Shown: positions 37,801-50,445 of the stretch, piece after piece
Position numbering within the stretch: position 1 is the stretch's first letter
How the letters are laid out: every line of letters starts with the position of its first letter
Assembly (NCBI GenBank): GCA_013239625.1
Contig: MU053934.1
Coordinates: 8,825,352 to 8,889,351 of the forward strand
Length of the DNA stretch: 64,000 bases
Reading direction: 5' to 3'
Source: Lama guanicoe
Taxonomy: Eukaryota
Made by a program: the position numbers and the translations under genes
Notes under the pieces: model-generated
What the model saw: only the letters and a program-made list of their open reading frames with translations
What the model was told of the DNA's origin: nothing
The model's database searches: none

Positions 37801-40800
37801 GGAGCTGAGCGACATCTAATGAGGCAGCTCCCTCCTCCCTGCAATGGGAGGAATCTGGAAGCCAGGGCCCCTCCTCCCTGGCAAGGGGCAATCGTGGGCA
37901 TCACCCGAGGCAGCACCGGCCACCACAGACAGCGTGGATCAGGACAGACCTGCACGCAGAGCATGACGCTGCCGCTCTGGGTGGTGGGAGGACGGGGCCC
38001 CGGTTTCCATCTCTGGGGGTGGGGGCAGGCATGTGAGTCCTCCTAGTTCCGCTTCTTCCTATTTCATTTCTGTTGTTCGTAAACCAAAGCAAACAAGCGG
38101 CACTGACCTCCCTGAGGTGCGGAGTAATTGGCCCTGCCTTCGCAAGTGGCTTGGTTTTAGGCAGTAAAAGGGGTGGACTGGTGAACACGCATCCCAGAAC
38201 CACAGGCTGTGAACAGTGGTCCGGGTCAACCTTCCTATCCCCAGATGACCTAAGAGGAAACTGAGAGGGCTGGAGAGGGAAAGGGCCTCTCCCACAGTGA
38301 CCCCACAGGCCCCCCCGGATTTGACCAGGGCTGTCACCTGTCACAGGCAGCCTTCCTGACACGCCGATGCTCTAGGTCTGGAGGCTGACTTCCGCCGACG
38401 GTGGAAGTCCTACTCCGCCAGGAAAGCAGAGGCCCAGAGAGCAGCAGTGACCTCCCCCAGGCGGCACATATTCAGGGAAAATTCACTTCTCGGCCTTTTC
38501 TGCCCTCTTCCTTGCTGCCTCTGGGGAACACCCCCCTCAAGGACTCCGCACCTCCGGGATCACGCTCTCCGCTCAACAGACACCGCCCCATTGATCCCTC
38601 ACCCACGCTGCCCCAGGGCCCCTTCCCCTCCCTTGCTCCACGTCAGCCGCACCCTGAGCGGGACAGGGGCTGCAGAGTCAGTGCAGATACCCCCGGGGCG
38701 GCCTGGGGGGAGAGGGAAGGGAGTCACACAGGCGGCTGCGCAGTGTCACAGAACTGAGGGCAGAAACCAGTGCAGGTGCCGATAAGAGCAAAGGGAGGGG
38801 GCAGCCGACTCTATGGGGGGCCGGGAAGGGCTAGAGCTGAGTCGGGGGTCGGGAAAGGGCTAGAGCTGAGAGGCGAGGCTGCCCGACAGACGGGGCCAAG
38901 CGTGGGGGGCCCCAGAGGACTCACGTGGCAGGGGCTTGGCTGTCAGCAGGAGCAGGTCACGAAGGACCCTGAACTCTGGCCTGCAGGGCTCAAGCGGCCT
39001 TTAAGGGAATCAGCAGCAGGGTATGACACGCTCAGGAGTGGCAGCCACGGGGGCAGAGGACCAGGCGCCGTAGCTGGTGGGGACCCACCTAGAGGCGACG
39101 CGTGTGGGGACGAGGGAGGGCTCCGAGCAGGACAGAACGCGGCCGCAGCCAGAGATGGCGCTGAGGGAGGGCTGACCCTCGCCCTGGCTGGTGGTCCAGG
39201 CGTCTGGGTGCTGAGAGGGAACGCGGGAGGGCTCTGCCTCGCCCAGTCTCGGTCAGGCTGAGCTGCAGGGACTGGTGACACATTTCCGGGGAGATGGGAG
39301 TCGGAGGGCGGTCAGCAGTGGGGGCTGGGGACCCAGCGGGGGCCTGGGCTGCTCTGTGATGGGTGTGGGCAGGACATGGGGGCAGCGTGAACTGTCACCT
39401 TCACCCAACCTGCCACTACCGCCTCCCTGGGAAGCTCCCAGCCCCTGGGAGGCAGGACCAGGCCCAATCCAGCTCTGCATCTGCAGGTACTCAGGCACCG
39501 TGGCCTGCAAGAGGGAGACAATGGCGACCACAAATACCTACAAACGGACACAGAGAGGGGCAGAAATCACAGAGAAGGTGAGAAATCAGCTGGCACAGGG
39601 TCTCAGTGGCGGTGTTGCTGTAACGGTGCCCACGAGCAATGTTTCAGGAAGAACTGGAAGGCAGAGGCCCAGGCCTGCCTCACCTGAGGTCCCCGTCACC
39701 CTGAGCCTCGATGCCCTCTATAAACAGGGACAAGACCCACCCTGCGCCCTCGGCACTGAGTGAGGACCCCCGAGGGCACGGCAGGGCACTTTGTAAATGT
39801 TAGGTTTTCTCCTAATTATCCCGGCAACACACGCGCCGCGTCCGTTTTTCTCGCTTGCTCTGTCCTAAGCGTTGCCCCAAGTGTAAAGAGACACGATTCA
39901 AAGCGCATCCAAAAGCAAAGGATCTTTACATGAAAGAAACAGTGACAGCACCTCCGTCTATGAGACTAAAAGTCAAGGCCTCCCCTTCTCACTTTGCCAA
40001 CAGGCATTTCTCAAGTATTCACTGGTCTTTCAAGGGAGGCAAAAAAAAACTTCTCCTTTAAAAGACTCAGGCTAACCAGTGTTCGTCCTGCATGCTGTCA
40101 GACACAAGACTCCTTATTTAAAAGGAAGAGGTCTCTCCTAAAGTAAGCGGATGCTGGTCCTGCATGGCCCAGGCTGTGCGAAGGGTCTTCCCCGCGGCCC
40201 CCGCCTCCGCCCCCGGACGCTCTGTCTGTACATCCACCAGCAACACCCCAGCTCCCACTGCATCCAACTGGGCCCCGAGGGGCTTCCTTGCGCCTCTCTG
40301 ACTCCACACGCCAGGCCCGGTCACTGCACACAGAAAATAAGTACCCCCTGCCCTGCTGTGAGCGGGCCTCGATCTCCTCACCTGCACAGGGGCCCCAGGA
40401 GGGAGGGCCCACCAGGCATTCCCGCTTCGGTGACCGGTCTGTCAGGGTCCTCTCTGAGCCTCACCTACCTGTCTGTACAGAAGTAGGGATAGGCTAGCTG
40501 AATTCTGGATCTTTCTTGTCCATCCCGCTCCCCCAGGACAGGCTGCTTCCAGAGGACATTCTGCTGCCCAAGCCAACCAGGAGACTGGGAACAAGTAGCC
40601 AGGCAGCCCCGACCCCAGGAGGGCAGAGGAAGCCCAGAGTCTGGTCTGCTCCCGGAAGAACATCTGTCCCAAAGCCACACAGCACATCAGAGCAAGGATG
40701 CCCCGAGGGCTGCTGGTCACATCCAGGGCTTTGCCTCCAGGGCTCACACTGCACCCAGTGGACCTGGCACCCCGCTGACCCGGGGGCTGATGTCTGTGGT

Positions 40801-41253
40801 CTCCAAGGCTGGGTGGTCAGGGGCGGCCCTGAGCTGACAGTGAGCAGGGTCACGAGGAGTGGAAGGGAGGCGCCAGCCTGGCCTGTGCGCACTCAGCTCC
40901 CAGGCCCCCACAGCCTTAGCCACAGAACAAAGGGCCCCTGTGCCCCCTACTCAGAAGGCAAGACTGAATCCCAGGGAGGGCAGACAGCACGGGAGACTCA
41001 GACCAGCCTGAAGAAATCAGCCTGATGCAGAAACCTGCGCCCAAATAAAGAGTTTTGTTGCAAGCTATTTTTAATAGTGAAACACTGGATCCAAGCTGAG
41101 TTACCCAGAAGACAAGACCACATAAGTAAATTATGACACAGCCACTCAAGTATCCTGTAATCAGTTAAATAACGTTTAGAATTTAAACAACATGGAAAAT
41201 GTTTTAGGAATTTTAAGTAAGAAAGCATTTTGATTAAGAAACTTTACATGTAG

Positions 41254-41540
41254 GGGGTGGGAAGGGATAAATTAGGAGTCTGAGATTTGTAGATACTAAC
41301 TACTATATATAAAATAGATAAACAACAAGGTCCTATGTACAGCACAGGGAACTATATTCAATATCTCGTATTAAGCTGTAGTGAAAAAGAATATGAAAAC
41401 AAATATATGTATGTATCTGTATGACTCAAACATTACGCAGTACACTAGAAATTGGCACAACATTGCAAACTAACTATACTTCAATAAAAACAAATAAATG
41501 AATAAAAGTTTAGAATTTTTTTTAAATTTACAGATTAAAA
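41254..41540 (+). mobile_element. 5'-truncated L1 3' end with TSD
   Basis: L1 3' UTR motifs (gtacagcacagggaactatattcaatatct, ctatacttcaataaaa); TSD aagaaactttacatgtag / aagaaagtttacatgtag. Confidence 0.8.
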
Positions 41541-43498
41541 AAAGAAAGTTTACATGTAGAATATCAAGTATTCTTTAAAGGGGCTTTAAAAAGATTGGAA
41601 AGCAAGACTTTGCAAAGTTAATAGTGTGTCTCTGGGTCATTGGAACTATGAGTAATTTTTTTTTCCATTATCTTATACTTTCCAGTTTGTAAAATGTACA
41701 TGTAACATTTTTTAATTGGAAAAAAATCTGTTTTGGGTTTTTGAGGCTGTTTTTTAAACAAGTGTCTCGGTTGGGGCTCCTCTTCAGCAGCCTCAAGGCT
41801 TAGCTGGTATTCATGGCCCAGCCCTCCCAGAGGAGGAGGCCTGTGAATAAGAAGCCAGCACCCAGGAGGGCACAGAGCAGGGCACAGCTTGTGGGAAGCC
41901 TCAGGGCAGGGGCAGAGCAGAGGGCCGAGGGAGGTGCCAGGACAGCTGATCGCCCTCTCGCTTTGCAGAGAATCCCTGAAGCAGTGATCCTTGGCCTCCT
42001 TAAAGTGTGAAGTCCAATGTCCTCGGGGTTCTCTGGAAGGACGCAGAGTCCCTGCCCTGGGACAGGACCACACCAGCAGCCTCCTGGGGCTGCTCCAGCC
42101 CCAGAAACAGATAGAGGCCGGAACCCACAGACCTTAAAAATAGGCGCAGGAACCGAAAGAGGCACCACTACCACTCCAAACGGCCGCACTTCCTCCCTGC
42201 CGCACTGGCCCAGAACCAGCTGTCTGCCTCAGGGTCTGATGGCCCGGGCCCCAGGGAAGCCAGGGAAGCCAGGGAAGCGGCCCCAGCCACCGCGAAGCAG
42301 CCTGAACTTCAGAGCGCCAATCCAATTCTAACTTCCACATGCGGGCCCTGGGCCAGATGTTCCTATCTTTTATAACAACCACAGCATAGAAGGTCAAAGA
42401 GGTGCCAAATTCCCAGCCAGGCACCGCCCCAGCGTCAGCTCCCACGGCTACCCTTCAAGCCGCATTAGCCTCCCTGCTCCTCCACTTTGAGCCCCTCTCA
42501 AAGGCCAGGCACTGCACGAACCCCCGGTCAGCCCTGGTGGCTCCCTTCCCTGTGCCCCTTCAGAACCTCGCACACCTCGACCCGGGTCCTGCCTCAGTCC
42601 ACTTTGGGCCAGGCTGCTGTGCACACCTATGCCGGCCAGGCCTCAAGCCCCCCGAGGACAGATCTGGGGGTTTCACCTCTGCCAGGAGCTTGGGCTCAGA
42701 CAGATTCTGCTACTGACTGGCATGTGACTGGGCACATGTTACCTCACCTCTAAACCTGTGTTTCCTCATCAGGACAAAGAGAAGAGTTTAATAGTACCTA
42801 CCTTATAGGATTATTTTGAGGACAGAAGGAAATAGTGAATGTAACACACTCCTTTTGTCCCACAGCACTCCAGAAAGAGAAAATTCCCTAGGCCACCTAA
42901 GAGGGCGTGACAGCCCAGGCACAAACAGCTCCTAACACGCTTGGCCAAGGCAGGGCCCAGAGACAACCCCTACAGCGCCTCTCCACGACTCACACCCAGG
43001 TCACATCCACGTGGCTGACCCAGGGGCCTGCAGCCCTGCTGACTGGGAGCCTGCCCACATGGCACACTCAGGCCCACGGCCAGGGCCCAATAGGAGGCCC
43101 AAGCCCCAGAAGGAAGTGTCAGGCTACCTCCACCTTTGGCCCAGATGCTCCATCACACAACACCTGGGCACTGGACCAGCTGATTCTCCCCACAACACAG
43201 ATTCTGGAGCCTCACACAAGCCACCTCAGCCACCAGCTTGGCTCACCTGTTACCTGGAATCACAGGCGGTTTCCTCTAGATAAAACACCAAATCCTGCTC
43301 AGAGTGGCCACACCCTGGCTTCTTCCAGCAGGGTTTATACTTCAGCCAAGTCACCTGGGTACCTGGCTCTCTCCCCTGCTCAGCTGTGTCCTCCCACATG
43401 GCAGGGATCAAGACCAATCTCTCCACCTGGCAAGGAGCAAGTGCTCAAAAAACGCTTCTACTGCAGAGGCCACAACAGACAAGGTTCAAAAATCAGGT

Positions 43499-43622
43499 GT
43501 GATTAGCAGACACAAGGTCCTGGGTTCAATGCCCAGTACCTCTGTCAAAAATAATAAATAAATAAATAAATAAATAAACCTAATTACCCCCTGCCAAATT
43601 AGATAAATAAATCATTTTTTAA
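43499..43622 (+). mobile_element. 5'-truncated vic-1-type SINE
   Basis: ggtcctgggttcaatgcccagtacctc, (aaat)n, cctaattacc; TSD aaaaatcaggt at 43488-43498 and 43623-43633. Confidence 0.8.
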
Positions 43623-43870
43623 AAAAATCAGGTTTGGATCTACAAGGCACCTTTCATCATGACAGCCAAGTACCCAAACCCATGGCGGGGCAGCGGGGAG
43701 CAGTCACTTCATCTCATAGACAGATACTGTGACTCAGAAGTGACAATAGCTTGTCCAGGGTCAAGTGTCTCTCCCAGAGGCTCCGTTATACCTTTAAAAC
43801 AATCTCAGAGAACATGCCACACTTCTGAATGACGTAAGCTTTAAGAAACAACAAAAATCTGGGAGGTTTA

Positions 43871-43991
43871 GTGGGTGAAGAGAGTATAGCTCCGTAGTAG
43901 AGTGTGTGCCTAGAATGCACGAGGTCCTGGGTTCAATCCCCAGCACCTCCATTAAATAAACAAATAAACCTAATTACCCACCCCCCCCAAT
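43871..43991 (+). mobile_element. vic-1-type SINE
   Basis: gtatagctccgtagtagag...gaggtcctgggttcaatccccagcacctcc...cctaattacc; TSD aaaaatctggg(g)aggttta on both sides. Confidence 0.85.
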
Positions 43992-46661
43992 AAAAATCTG
44001 GGGAGGTTTACATGAATTCATCAGTGTAACAGGGTTTCACAGTTGCAAAGCGGAGATGAGAGGGCTACCTGATCACCGGATGTAAGAGGAAAAATGCTCT
44101 GGAGGGCATTGTGGGTTCTCACCTGGTGCCTGGGCTGAGTATCCTGACCTAACTCTGCTCTAGGCACAAAGTCATTATTTAGCTTGCCCCTCTCTGAACA
44201 TCTGAAAACGGAACAGATGGGCCACATGAGCCCTTCGAAGAGTTTAAGATTCCACTCTCCTCGGCCATCCACACCCTTCAATTCCCCATCCAGAAATTAA
44301 TTCTCTTGTCCATTTGCTGAATGTGCACTGGGCCTCTGCCCTGCACGCACCCCATGCCTGGCACGGAGAAGACTCAGACTTGGGCAATGCCCTGGAGGAG
44401 GAGTCGCTGGCTAACTAGGGAGACAGCCACACAGACCATCACAGTGCCACGGCCATCTGACCATCCAGCGGACATGCAGCCAAGACAAAGAGAGCACTGG
44501 CAGAAGGACAAGGAGCTGAGGAAGGGTCCCCAGGTGCAGCCTGAGCACTGAGGCCTGAAGGGAGACCTGCAGGTGTCTGCAGGGCAGATGAGGAGGGGGT
44601 GGCTTTCCAGGCGGAGAAAACAGCGGGCATAAGAGCGCAGAGCAGGAGAGCACTACAGGGACTGAGTTCTGGGGGGCTGGAGGGTGATAATATGGGGAGA
44701 CCCTGTGTGTGAAAGTGGACTGGAGGCTGGGAGGGGAGACACAGCAACAGAGCAGCCACCAGGCTCTGCTCTTGGCCCACTACGGGGCAGGCCTCCTGCC
44801 CAGGTGCAACGCAGAAGGTGCAGCAAGGCCTGGCTGGGCCCATCTGGGGGGACAGACTCTAGGGTCAGACTGACTAAGGGTCAATTCCAGCTGTACAACC
44901 TCCTCGCTGGCCATCCCTGGGCAGTTTCTTGCCTCTCTGAACCTCAGGCTGCACCTTGGTGAAATGCAGATAATATTCCCATCTGACAAAGTCAGTATCA
45001 AACTGACAGAGCACGCAGTAAGTGCTCAGTAAAGGCCAGGTGCTAGAGCAAATTACTATTGTTCTTAGGGGACGGCACTGCAGGCTCCTCAGGCAGGGGC
45101 CGTCTAACGGGGCACGATGCTCAGAGGACAGCAGGAACGTGCTGACAGGGGAGTGGGGAGGGGTGCCAGGAGCTGCTGAGCAAACAGGGCTGAGGCGCCT
45201 GGAGCAGATGGTCCCTCAGACCCCTCCCATTTCAGACCTTCTGTGCCAGGTGTTGGACGGCCTGCCAGGCAGGCATGCACCTGGAACACAGTAGGTGCTC
45301 AAGGAATGTTTCCTGAATGATTAATGAGGATCCTTCAATTCCTGCTCAAAACTAAGTAGTGACACCTTTTCAGAAGAGACCAGAGAAAACTGTGTCCTCG
45401 TCCAGCCCCACTCTGTAGACATTCTACCCTCACCCATGAGGAAAGCTTCATTCCAGGGCAGGCTGAGCTGAGACCTGCAGGGTGAAGTGTCATACTAAGC
45501 CCGCCTCCGACAAAAAAGGAGGGTTCAAATATATTTCCTCTCCTCATCCAGCCTCCAGGGCGTGGCCTGCTGAGGGGGGCCTGGGACACCTTGTGACCTT
45601 AGGGGCGACACGCTGGCTCTTTGGGATTCAGTTTCCCCAAAGGTGAGTGGAAGGGGGGCTGGTAGAATCTCTAAGGCTGGCATTCCTTTCTCCCTTCACA
45701 AAATGCTGTCGCCCCCTCAGAAATCCCCAGCCCAGACTGGGATGAGGGTGGGGTGGCGGGTGGCTGACAACGTGGTATGAAGTCATTCTCACATGAAGAA
45801 GGGAGGGGTCTTTCCAGAGAGAAAATGGCAAACCCGACACTACAGGGGAGGGGGGCCCCACCTGCTTCAGTCTGAACAAGATCCATCAGTAGCCATTACC
45901 TCACACTCAACCAAGCTGAGAGACCCCACCCACACCTGCAGCTCCATGCTCCTTCAAATGATACAAGGCACCCCTACCCCACCCCACAGGCAGATCTGGG
46001 ACTTCGGGCCTCCTTAGAGCAGAATCACACCCACAGAGGCAGTGGCAGCAGTGCTGGGTGGGTTCAGGGGGCCAAGGTCCAACAGGTCCCCAGTTAGAGC
46101 TAATGGACAAGCCAAACCGCGGGTGCAGAGAGGTGCGGAAAGACAAAGGCTTCAGGAAGCCGGAGACATGCCCTCCTGGCGAGCTGGAGATCGTGGCCAA
46201 GGCGTCTTACAGGCAAGTCTGCCCAGAGCCCACGGAGCCCCGGCCCTGCCATGATGGGCTATGGGTCTCCCCAAATCCAGCGCCCACACTCCCTGCAGCG
46301 GCACTGAGGCCCCCGGGTAAGGCTTCCTGGAGGAGAAGGAGGCCAGGCAGAGCCACGGAGGGGAAGGAGGGAGACGGGGCAGACACCCGGATGGACAGAC
46401 AGAGGGAGACACCGAGTGACCTGGGCAACAGAGACAGAGGAACGCGAGCGTGCATGACCGGTCTCGGAACCACAATCAGAGGCAGAGACGCAGGGGCACA
46501 GGAAAGATCCAGACGCGGGGACCTGGAGGCGTAAGGACGACGACGCGACACGCAGGGAGCCCCAGAGACACACGCAGAGACAGACGTGCGGAGGCGCGCC
46601 TACCCCGGCGACGCGGGGCCCCGGCCCGGCCACGGCCTCGCCCCCGGTCGACCCCACTCAC

Positions 46662-46725
46662 CGAGGCCGCAGACCTCGCGGCGCAGGCTGAGGCGGCCGC
46701 GCTCCTCGGCTATGGCGCGCAGCAT
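46662..46725 (-). CDS. KIAA0930: KIAA0930 coding exon 1 (from the conventional ATG)
   Basis: ATG CTG CGC GCC ATA... = MLRAIAEERGRLSLRREVCGL + G|gtgagt; 64 nt, phase matches exon 2. Confidence 0.92.
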
Positions 46726-46840
46726 GTGCTGCAGCGAGCGCTCCTCGGCCTCGGCGCCGCCTGGAGGCCCGGGGGAGGCGGAGGCGGCGGTGGGGAGGGC
46801 GGGCGGCCCGGCCCGGAGCCCCGCGGGCGCCGGCGCCGAG

Positions 46841-47111
46841 NNNNNNNNNNNNNNNNNNNNNNNNNNNNNNNNNNNNNNNNNNNNNNNNNNNNNNNNNNNN
46901 NNNNNNNNNNNNNNNNNNNNNNNNNNNNNNNNNNNNNNNNNNNNNNNNNNNNNNNNNNNNNNNNNNNNNNNNNNNNNNNNNNNNNNNNNNNNNNNNNNNN
47001 NNNNNNNNNNNNNNNNNNNNNNNNNNNNNNNNNNNNNNNNNNNNNNNNNNNNNNNNNNNNNNNNNNNNNNNNNNNNNNNNNNNNNNNNNNNNNNNNNNNN
47101 NNNNNNNNNNN
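46841..47111. other. Assembly gap (271 N), likely covering the KIAA0930 transcription start
   Basis: Run of N inside the CpG island. Confidence 1.
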
Positions 47112-49030
47112 NCCCGCCCCTGGCCGGCCAGACCCCACCCAGACTCTCCAGGTCACGCCCCTGTGCCCAGACCCCGCCCCCGGGCAGCCCCTCTCCGCCC
47201 CAGGGCAGCCTTGCTTTGACTTACGGAGCCGGCTCCCTTGCCCGCTCCCAGCCAGCTCTGGCCCCGCCCACCCCAAGCGTCCAGCCTCCGCTGATCTCTG
47301 ACGCCCGCCACTCTCTTCCTCAAATGGCTCTCGCGATCCCGCCTCGCCCACCTGGCCGTCGACCCTTCCTGGCCCCTCCACGCCTGAGCCCACCTTCTCC
47401 AAGCCCTACCCCTAAGGCCCTCCCAGAAAGGTCCTTGGGCAGTTTGGCGTCTCCGAACCCCTCCCATCGCCCCTTCCGGGTCGTCCCCCCACCGCCGCCG
47501 CCCTCCCACCGCCCCCGCCCCGCGAGAGACTGACTATGTCACCCGCCCTCCTCATTGCCACCCTCCTTCTCTCCTCAGTCAAGTTGTCAAGACCTGTTTC
47601 CGCTGGGAACTTTCTCCGCAGAACCCAGAAAGAGGTCACCCCTCCCCCGGAAAGAGGTCTCATTGGGGGAGGACTGCAAAGCCCTTGCCGCCCCCACTGA
47701 CTCCTCCTGACAGTGCAGGGTGTTAAGAAAGTCTGTGAGCCTGTTTCCTCAGCTGTAAAATGAAGGTCTCCCTCTGAGTGTTAAAGATGTATGAGGGGGT
47801 CGAGGGGTGGGGAGGTATGAGGTCAGCGGGCATGTGATCCTGGTGAAGGCCAAGGTCCAGTGGGCATCCATCCCAGTGCTGGCCTCTGCTGATGGCGAAA
47901 GACCTATCAGCTGGAGACATTCCCCAGACCTCACCCCTGGTGGCCCCTTCCTAAGGGTGGAAGAGATGGACATAGAGAGAGAGTGCTGGGGATTCCCAGC
48001 TGCTTCCATCTCCGATGATGTCCCCTGCACTCACACTGGCCTCCGGTCCACAGACCCATCAAGGATGGTCCTGCCTCCAGGCCCCACCCCCCTTCCCTTC
48101 TCCCCAATCCTTGTAAGACTTACTTCCTCATTTTCTTTGGATCCCAGTGTCACCTCAGAGAGCCTTCCCTGACCACCTTACCTAAAACACCACCTTTCCT
48201 CCCCCTCTGACCCCTTCCCCTGCTTTGTTTTTCTGCACAGCACTTACCTCCTTTGACATCACTTAATACCTAGGTGTTCTGATTGTTGTCTGTCTTCTCC
48301 ACTGAGGAAGGGGTCTATCTTTTGTACAACTATTTTCAGTGCCAGGAAGGATGCCCAGTATAAAGTAGATGCTCTGTAAATAAATGTGGGCTGCATGCCT
48401 GAAGAATGAGAGGCCTGGTAGGGAAGCAGGGAAGCGGAAGAGGCAGTAAGGGGGCTGGAGCCGTGGCGTGGGGGAGAAAATTGGGGGGTCTGGAGCCTGC
48501 TTCAGGCCTCACAGCCAGTGCCATGCTGTGAGTCCCTGAGTGCCTCAGGACAGGGCCCACACGTCTCATCCCTCTGTGTCCCCAGCAGCAGGCAAAGGGG
48601 GAGAGTGGCAGGGTGGGAGGCTCTGTGAGGAAGTGTGGAGGGGAGAATTAATGCAGCGATTGTCCCCCAAGTGTCCCTCTTCTCCTCTGGGCCTGCTTCA
48701 CCATCTGTGAAGGGAGGACACTGGCCTGAGGACTATGGTTCTGAGTCCGGACAACTGGGATTTGGGCTGGTAGAAATGGGAAAGGCTGAGCAAGGGCTCT
48801 GAGGCTGGCAAGTCCAATGGTCAACTCTCTTTCTCTGTTTCCTCAAACTCTGCAACGACTCCTACCTGCCCCACTGCCGTCCCTTTGCTCCTGTGCTTCC
48901 CCTTGCTGGAAATCCTTTCTCCTACACTATGTAGTCACCTCTGGGACCCACTCTCCCTGGGAAGCCTTCTGGTGAGCACTACTGAGTCAGTGCATTTCTG
49001 TTCTTATCTCTTTCACAGACTCCCTCCCAA

Positions 49031-49100
49031 CACAGATACACACATGCGCGCGCGCACACACACACATGCACACACACACACTCACATACACACACACACA
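49031..49100. repeat. Imperfect (CA)n/(CG)n microsatellite
   Basis: cacatgcgcgcgcgcacacacacacatgcacacacacac...; alternating purine-pyrimidine tract. Confidence 0.9.
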
Positions 49101-49731
49101 GTTGCCTCCATAGATTCTATGCCGTAGGACCCTCATCAAACCAACTCATCCCATGGTCCCCGGCCTCCAGCCCAGGACAGGTGCCAGAAAATACTTGAGT
49201 TCATGAGTGAATACATGAACAGCACTTGGGCTGTCTCCTTTTTATTTAATCATACTCCAGGTATTGGCCACATAGGAAATTTTTTAATGTTAATAAATGT
49301 TAAATTATATTTTGGGCTTGAAGCAGGCATGAGCAGGGCTTCTGGGGTCACAGGACATGTTCTATTTCTTGATCTGTGTGCTCATTACAATGGTGTGGTT
49401 ACTTTATAAAAATCAGACCTTCACTGTATGCATTATGCACTTTTCTGTGTATAAATATTCAGATATAAAACAGAATTAAAAATAAAAAGATTTAAAATTC
49501 TTGAAAAGATTTTGGTTTAGCCATATTTCCCATGACAATGAACATGTTCTTTTTTGTAATGAAGCAAAATTTATTTTTAGAGACACCACTGAGGGAAAAA
49601 AAGAATTTGTAAACAGTATGTGTATGACTGAAACATCAGAAATTGACACATTGTAACTGACTATACTTCAATTTAAAATTTTTTAATGAAAAAATCTTCA
49701 AAAATAAAGATAATGGTGAAAAAAAAGAATA

Positions 49732-50445
49732 TGTAGGCAGAATAAGGGCCCCCAAAGATGTCCAGCCCTAATCCTTGTAACTTGTGGGTATTTATTACCT
49801 TACCTGCTGAAAGGGACTTCACAGGTGTGATTAAGTTAAGGATCTTGAGCTGGAGAGACTGGATTATCCGCGTTTGCCCAGTGTGGTCACATGCATTCTT
49901 TTTTTTTTTTTTAGTTGTAATTATTGTTATTATTTTTTTATTCAAGTATAGTTGATTTACAATGTTGTACTAGTTTCTGGTGTACAGCAAAGTGATTCAG
50001 TTAACATACAGTTTTTTTAAAAAGCCGTTTTTTTAAATCTTTATCCTGTTTTCAGGGGGAATTAGGTTTATTTATTTACTTTAATAGAGGTACTGGGGAA
50101 CATAAACTCTTAAAATTGGAGATCTCCTGGCTGTAGTCAGAGAGAGATGTGACAACAGAAGAAAGATCAGATAAATGTAGTGTTGCTGGCCTTTAAGGTT
50201 GAGGAAGGGGCCACAAGTCAAAGAATGCAGGCAGCTTCTAGAAGCTGGAAAAAGGCCAGGAAACAGATTCTCCCCTAGAGCGTCCAGAAAGAACACAGCC
50301 CTGCCTGTGCCTTGATTTTAGCCCAGTGAGACCCCATCCCTTTAGTCGTACTTCTAACCCACAGAACCGGGAGATAATAAATGTATGTTGTTTTAAAGCA
50401 CTTACTTTGTGAGTTCGTTATTGACAGTGACAGAAAACCAATACA
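49732..50445 (+). mobile_element. MaLR LTR (MLT1D-like) interrupted at ~49900-50099 by L1 and SINE fragments
   Basis: tgtaggcagaataagggccccc start; gcttctagaagctggaaaaaggccaggaaacagattctcccctagag; ends gaaaaccaataca. Confidence 0.75.

Larger units (their letters stand above)
46440..47530. promoter_or_regulatory. CpG island / KIAA0930 promoter and first exon
   Basis: Very high GC and CpG density around exon 1; several GC boxes (cccgccc); partly hidden by a gap. Confidence 0.85.

Noticed and set aside
38822..42278. Short direct repeats (gggctagagctgag x2 at ~38828-38870; ccagggaag x3 at 42251-42278)
   Set aside because: Ordinary slippage duplications with no supporting context
46450..47533. 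Long ORFs of 283, 315 and 230 aa in the ORF track
   Set aside because: They run through the N gap in a CpG island and are antisense or out of frame to KIAA0930 exon 1; artefacts of GC content and Ns
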